From: Thermoplasmata archaeon
GTDB taxonomy: Archaea > Thermoplasmatota > Thermoplasmata > UBA10834
DNA length: 64,000 nucleotides
Reading direction: 5' to 3'
Assembly (NCBI GenBank): GCA_041554135.1
Contig: JBFFML010000002.1
Location: 22,212-86,211, forward strand
Under the pieces are notes generated by a model. That model did not search any database. It was not told the origin of the DNA and was given only the letters and a program-made list of their open reading frames with translations. Below are positions 59,797 through 64,000 of this stretch, in pieces (positions within the stretch are counted from its first letter, which is position 1; every line of letters starts with the position of its first letter). A program made the translations under genes and the position numbers.

Positions 59797-60272
59797 GGCA
59801 TCACCTCGCACACGACGACCGGCCCGGAATCGCCAAGCTCCCAAGCCAAGGCCACATCGAACCTGTCGGAGCGCACTTCGAGCCTGCCGAGTTGGGACGA
59901 GGCAAGCCAGACGGCAGGCTCGTTGGCGGACCGTATCAGGCTCCTTCCTGATGACAGCTCGAGCACTACACTAGTCATGTACGGGCTGCCCCATTCGCCG
60001 CCTATCATGACGGCGTCGACGCGCAATGCGCCATCCGAGGCGAGGTCGACATCGACCGTCCTCCTCGAACCGGAACCCTCCAGGAGCACGGCCTGTGAGG
60101 CTCTGACAAGCTCTTCGAGTTCGAAGTCGCACCTCTGAAGGAAGCTGCGACTCTCCAACGCGTTCAAAGCCTCTGCAGCAGGCGCGATCGAGAGGCCGGC
60201 CACTATCGCAACGATCATCAGCCTGAGAGGCAGCGATTCCAGCCCCGCGGGGTCAGACGCCAGTGTCACCAT
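59784..60272 (-). CDS. Pilin-like protein with class III-like signal peptide
   Basis: SDPAG|LESLPLRLMIVAIVAGL, then amphipathic helix and GSGSRRTV.V motif. Confidence 0.65.
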   Translation of the reverse strand: MVTLASDPAGLESLPLRLMIVAIVAGLSIAPAAEALNALESRSFLQRCDFELEELVRASQAVLLEGSGSRRTVDVDLASDGALRVDAVMIGGEWGSPYMTSVVLELSSGRSLIRSANEPAVWLASSQLGRLEVRSDRFDVALAWELGDSGPVVVCEVMPWTS

Positions 60273-60275
60273 CCA

Positions 60276-60752
60276 TCAGCTCGGTATCACTGGTATCTCG
60301 AAGCTGGAGTCCATGCCGTAGTCCCCCTTGGCCACTGTTACGGTTATAGTCGTGAGCGTGGGCCCGAAATGCTCTATGACGAGGTCCGTGAACACGACGC
60401 AGCCCCTGCCGTCCGTCACACCCCTGACAGGGTCGCCCCCGCTCGTCCTTATGTTACCCCCCTCCAACAACACGGTCGCGCCCTCCAGCCGGTCACCGCT
60501 CTGATCGGTGACGATCACGGTCATGGCCAGCCCCTCCCTTAGGTACAGGCCGTCACCATCAGAGTCGAAGACCAGGATCTCCCCCGGCGTGACGTGTATC
60601 TCCCCTATCGACCTGGGACCCGATATCGAGCTCATCCATCCCATGAGGATCGTCAGTCCAAGGCCGGCTATCACAACCATTATGAGCAGCTGGAGCGGAA
60701 GCCCTTCCACCCCTCCTCGCGGATCCGAGGCGATAGCCCCTCGATCGCCCAT
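60276..60752 (-). CDS. Pilin-like protein with class III-like signal peptide and Ig-like domain
   Basis: DPRG|GVEGLPLQLLIMVVIAGLGL; VTDQSGD.LEGATV.L...TDGRG Ig-like pattern; GGTGAT RBS. Confidence 0.68.
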   Translation of the reverse strand: MGDRGAIASDPRGGVEGLPLQLLIMVVIAGLGLTILMGWMSSISGPRSIGEIHVTPGEILVFDSDGDGLYLREGLAMTVIVTDQSGDRLEGATVLLEGGNIRTSGGDPVRGVTDGRGCVVFTDLVIEHFGPTLTTITVTVAKGDYGMDSSFEIPVIPS

Positions 60753-61009
60753 GTCACATATCACCGTCCTGCCCTGCATGCAGGGCGTCAGAAGCATCGC
60801 GGCGCCGGCGTATTTAGGGCAGCCGCTGCATGTACGCTTCAGACATGCTGGCAACCACGCTGCCATCTGGGATCACAAAGATTATCAACCTTGATTCTCA
60901 GGATGACATGTTCATATACGCTCGGGGCGACTAATTTTCACAAGAAGGGCAGGAAGAAATGGGAGGGTCGTCTCCCGTTGGCTGATGCCTGCTGGAATGA
61001 CCGGAGCTG

Positions 61010-61735
61010 ATGAGGATGGAAGCATCGAAGTGTCCGAAGTGCGGCGAAGAGCCGAATTTCCTGGAACACATGGAGAAGTGGTACTGCTACGAGTGCAACT
61101 CATATGTGGACGATCCCGAGGCCGAGGAAGAGGCTATCGAAGCGGAGGCCACCTCCGAACCTACGGTCCAAGAGGCCGTGGAGGGGGAGTCTTCGCCTGC
61201 CAAGGAGGCCAAGGCCCCGACCGAGGTCAAGATGTGCCCGAACTGCGGCCAGCCGTTGAAGTGGATCGAGAAGTACCAGAGGGACTACTGTTACAGCTGC
61301 AAGAAGTACGCCCCTGTGAGGAAGACGGCGACGCCCAAGCCCGAGGCCAAGCCCGACTCCGTGGCCGCCGGGAAGTCCGAGTCCGTCAAGGTCTGCCCGG
61401 AATGCTCAGGCGAGATGAAGTACATCGAAAAGTACACTGAATGGTACTGTCACGCGTGCAGGAAGTACCCACTCCACAAATCCAAGCCCAAGGCGGCCGC
61501 CGAAGCTCCGAAGGCCGATCCGAAATGTCCGAAGTGCGACGGAGCCGTGAGATACATAGAGAAGTACCAGAGGCATTACTGCGACGCGTGCAAGGAATAC
61601 GCCCCCAAGGGCGCGGTGAAGACCTGTCCGGCGTGCAAGTCGGAGCTCAAGTACATCAAGCAATACAACGAGTGGTACTGCTACAAATGCAAGAAATACC
61701 CGCTCCGGCCGAGCAAGCCTTTGCTGCTCCTCTGA
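61010..61735 (+). CDS. Protein with five tandem zinc-ribbon repeats
   Basis: Five copies of CPxC-x14-CxxC with (L/M)KYIEKY..WY-like consensus. Confidence 0.85.
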   Translation: MRMEASKCPKCGEEPNFLEHMEKWYCYECNSYVDDPEAEEEAIEAEATSEPTVQEAVEGESSPAKEAKAPTEVKMCPNCGQPLKWIEKYQRDYCYSCKKYAPVRKTATPKPEAKPDSVAAGKSESVKVCPECSGEMKYIEKYTEWYCHACRKYPLHKSKPKAAAEAPKADPKCPKCDGAVRYIEKYQRHYCDACKEYAPKGAVKTCPACKSELKYIKQYNEWYCYKCKKYPLRPSKPLLLL

Positions 61736-61783
61736 CCGAAACCCCCCCAACCACTCACCCGGTGGCCGAGCCTGATCGTTGTG

Positions 61784-61856
61784 AGCCACCGGGGAGATTT
61801 GAACTCCCGACCTGCTGATTACAAGTCAGCTGCTCTCCCAGCTGAGCTACGGTGGC
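61784..61856 (-). tRNA. tRNA-Thr(TGT)
   Basis: Acceptor GCCACCG/CGGTGGC, anticodon arm GCTGA-CTTGTAA-TCAGC, T arm GGGAG-TTCAAAT-CTCCC. Confidence 0.96.
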
Positions 61857-61917
61857 GCGTATGCGAGCTGCTGAGTATTTGTAGCGCGCACTTATAGCTT
61901 TTGACAGACCCGGACGC

Positions 61918-62547
61918 TCATATCAGCGCTTCGATCATGAAGCATATCACGAACGCCGCCAGGCCTATCAACGCCATCCTCAGCCCTCGCAGCCAAGCGA
62001 ACCGCTTCCCGCTCCTGCCCAGCATCGTCCCCGTCAAGAACAGCATACTCAGCGCGAGCGCCACGGCGACATAGCCAGCGAAGTGGATGTTCTCCTCCCC
62101 GAGGACGAGGAACGGCGTTATCACGATGCCGCACACCATCAGCGGCGTCGCGAAGTTCGCGGCGGCGATAATCCTCTTGCTCGCCCCCGAGCTCCTCTCG
62201 ACATCCGTGTCATCCAGCTTGGTCAGCATAGCCTGCTCCAGCCGCTCCACCTTCCTCTCCTGCTCCATGGACTCCCCCTCGTAGACGCTCACGCCGGTGG
62301 ATATGGCGAGGGCCACGCTGCTCGTCAGCATCGTGCCTATCAGGAGCCTGAAATCCGGGTCCGGGGAGAACGCCAGGCCTATCACCACGCCCAGGATGAC
62401 GAAGGTGGCGTCGAAGATAGTGTTGACCATGTAGCGCCTTAGGGCCGGTCCCGTGCCTGGCGACCTGACCGTCTCCCGAATCCTCCTCGGAGCGACCCGG
62501 ACGGCGGACCACCCACTGTTGTCGCTTGGCATTCGCTTTTCGGCCAT
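61918..62547 (-). CDS. VIT1/CCC1-family membrane transporter
   Basis: RRY.VNTIFD..FV.LG, ALAISTG.S.YEGE pattern, five TM segments. Confidence 0.75.
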   Translation of the reverse strand: MAEKRMPSDNSGWSAVRVAPRRIRETVRSPGTGPALRRYMVNTIFDATFVILGVVIGLAFSPDPDFRLLIGTMLTSSVALAISTGVSVYEGESMEQERKVERLEQAMLTKLDDTDVERSSGASKRIIAAANFATPLMVCGIVITPFLVLGEENIHFAGYVAVALALSMLFLTGTMLGRSGKRFAWLRGLRMALIGLAAFVICFMIEALI

Positions 62548-62724
62548 TGATTGAGCGTAGTCCCTTATCACAGTTGCGGTCCCCCGGGCGGTGCGGTGGC
62601 CACCGTCGCCATCGCCGACACTGGCCAGTTCGATCGTACGGGGCTTCCCGCGCGCCGGTGCGACCCATAACCTTTAAATCGAGGCTGCGTATCCGCAGGA
62701 TTGCGCTAACGACGGTGATTTCAC

Positions 62725-63594
62725 ATGACCGACAAGGAAGGTGCTAAGAAGCACCATGAGGGGAAGGAAGAAGCGCAGAGCGACAAGGTGGGGGAGGGCG
62801 ACCTCGTGATGGCCGAGTTCAGCGGCTGGATAGAGGAGTCAGACGAGCTCTTCGACACCACGGACGAGACGGTGGCCAAGGAGAACGACACGTTCGACGA
62901 GAAGATGACCTACGGTCCTCAGCCACTCATACTCGGCAAGGAGCGGCTCTTCCCGGGGCTCTACGAGCACATGTTGAAGGCCGAGATCGGCAAGGAGTAC
63001 GAGGTGGTCATCCCGCCGGACAAAGCCGCGGGGCCGCGGGACCCGAAGCTCGTCGAGTTGCACCCGATGCGGGAGTTCCTCAAGCAGGACATAGAACCCG
63101 AGGTCGGCATGGAGGTCACCGTGAGGAACCGCCGCGCGACGATAGTGGCCATGACCGCCGGCCGTGTCAGGATAGACTTCAACAACCGCCTCGCGGGGCG
63201 GACGCTCAAATACAAGTACAAGATCGTCGGCAAACCATCGAAACCGAAGGAGATCGTGGAGCTCTTGCTGAAGATGTCATATGGTACTCATGAGGGCTTC
63301 GACATACACCACCACGGCGATGATTTCCGCATAACGCTGCCAGATGTCTGCAAGTACGATCAGAAGTGGCTGCTCGCGAAGTATCGGGTCGTCACGGACA
63401 TGAGGGAGGTCCTTGACGCGGAGAAGGTCTCGTTCGTGGAGGAGTACGCCAAGCCGAAGGCCAAGGAGGACGAGCCCAAGGAGGAGCCTGAGACGGAGTC
63501 GAAGCCCGCGTCCGATGGGGGGCCGAAGGAAGCTGAGCCCGAGGTGGCATCCGAGGAGCGCGCTCCCGAAGAGCTGTCCGACGACGAGAGATAG
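62725..63594 (+). CDS. Long-type archaeal FKBP peptidyl-prolyl isomerase
   Basis: LFDTT, IPP.KA.G.RDP, GRV.IDFN..LAG.TL.Y motifs; acidic tail. Confidence 0.92.
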   Translation: MTDKEGAKKHHEGKEEAQSDKVGEGDLVMAEFSGWIEESDELFDTTDETVAKENDTFDEKMTYGPQPLILGKERLFPGLYEHMLKAEIGKEYEVVIPPDKAAGPRDPKLVELHPMREFLKQDIEPEVGMEVTVRNRRATIVAMTAGRVRIDFNNRLAGRTLKYKYKIVGKPSKPKEIVELLLKMSYGTHEGFDIHHHGDDFRITLPDVCKYDQKWLLAKYRVVTDMREVLDAEKVSFVEEYAKPKAKEDEPKEEPETESKPASDGGPKEAEPEVASEERAPEELSDDER

Positions 63595-63707
63595 GGTCCA
63601 TCACCGTCCTCTCCGGCGGTAGGACCTGCACAAACATCTTTACGAGCCTCTCGCATTAAACGTTCCAGGACTTCGTCCGAGCGTCGAAGCCGGCGGATAC
63701 GTCTCGA

Positions 63708-63781
63708 GGGCGCGTGGCCTAGCTGGATATGGCACTTGCCTCCTAAGCAAGCGGTCAAGGGTTCGAATCCCTTCGCGCCCG
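63708..63781 (+). tRNA. tRNA-Arg(CCT)
   Basis: Acceptor GGGCGCG/CGCGCCC, anticodon arm CTTGC-CTCCTAA-GCAAG, T arm AAGGG-TTCGAAT-CCCTT. Confidence 0.96.
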
Positions 63782-63894
63782 CTCCTCTTCTCCTGTCAGG
63801 TACGCTCCGGCGACGACGGCTGAGCACGGGAGCAGGTATTCCTGGGCAGAGTATTTGAGTTCGAAGCGCCATCCGTGGCACGGAGGAGTGGACG

Positions 63895-64000
63895 ATGGCG
63901 AGGTGCCAGAATTGTGGGTCGGAGAACCCCGGAGAGGCTCTGTATTGTCAGAGATGTGGTCTCTCCTTCGCGCCGAAGGAATCGGCACTGCGAGGACACG
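63895..64000 (+). CDS. Zinc-ribbon domain protein, N-terminal fragment (truncated by window edge)
   Basis: MARCQNCGSENPGEALYCQRCG after GGAGG RBS. Confidence 0.75.
   Translation, partial: MARCQNCGSENPGEALYCQRCGLSFAPKESALRGH

Noticed and set aside
61758-61793. Repeat of the tRNA-Thr 3' end as a possible att site
   Set aside because: Only 9 bp, inverted rather than direct, and no integrase in the window.
1-64000. CRISPR arrays, rRNA genes, IS elements, tRNA introns
   Set aside because: No repeat-spacer periodicity, rRNA motifs or transposase motifs seen; all four tRNAs are uninterrupted.

Overview
Gene-dense archaeal chromosome segment, most likely from a Thermoplasmatota (Thermoplasmata) lineage. 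This is an inference from the archaeal rpl18e-rpl13-rps9-rpoN cluster, rpoL, thermosome, PAN, aMBF1 and Hef, a bacterial-type grpE-dnaK-dnaJ operon, and TATA-like promoters. Most genes are housekeeping: translation, chaperones, DNA repair, cysteine/Fe-S, pyrimidine and mevalonate metabolism, plus 4 tRNAs. I saw no CRISPR array, integrase or transposase. The stand-out feature is a compact eukaryote-like ubiquitin-conjugation cluster at 4598-6856: E1 (ThiF, Uba2/Uba3-like motifs), a ubiquitin-fold modifier ending in GG, a UBC-type E2 (HPN...Cys) and an Rpn11/CSN5-like JAMM isopeptidase, with no RING E3. Other oddities: a tRNA-Cys with C73 instead of U73, an ATL-EndoV fusion, a Hef with a degenerate nuclease motif, a five-repeat zinc-ribbon protein, and an intergenic element resembling an isolated SRP Alu domain. 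All calls come from motif recognition by eye, with no database searches. Several start codons were moved from the ORF track using RBS/TATA context.
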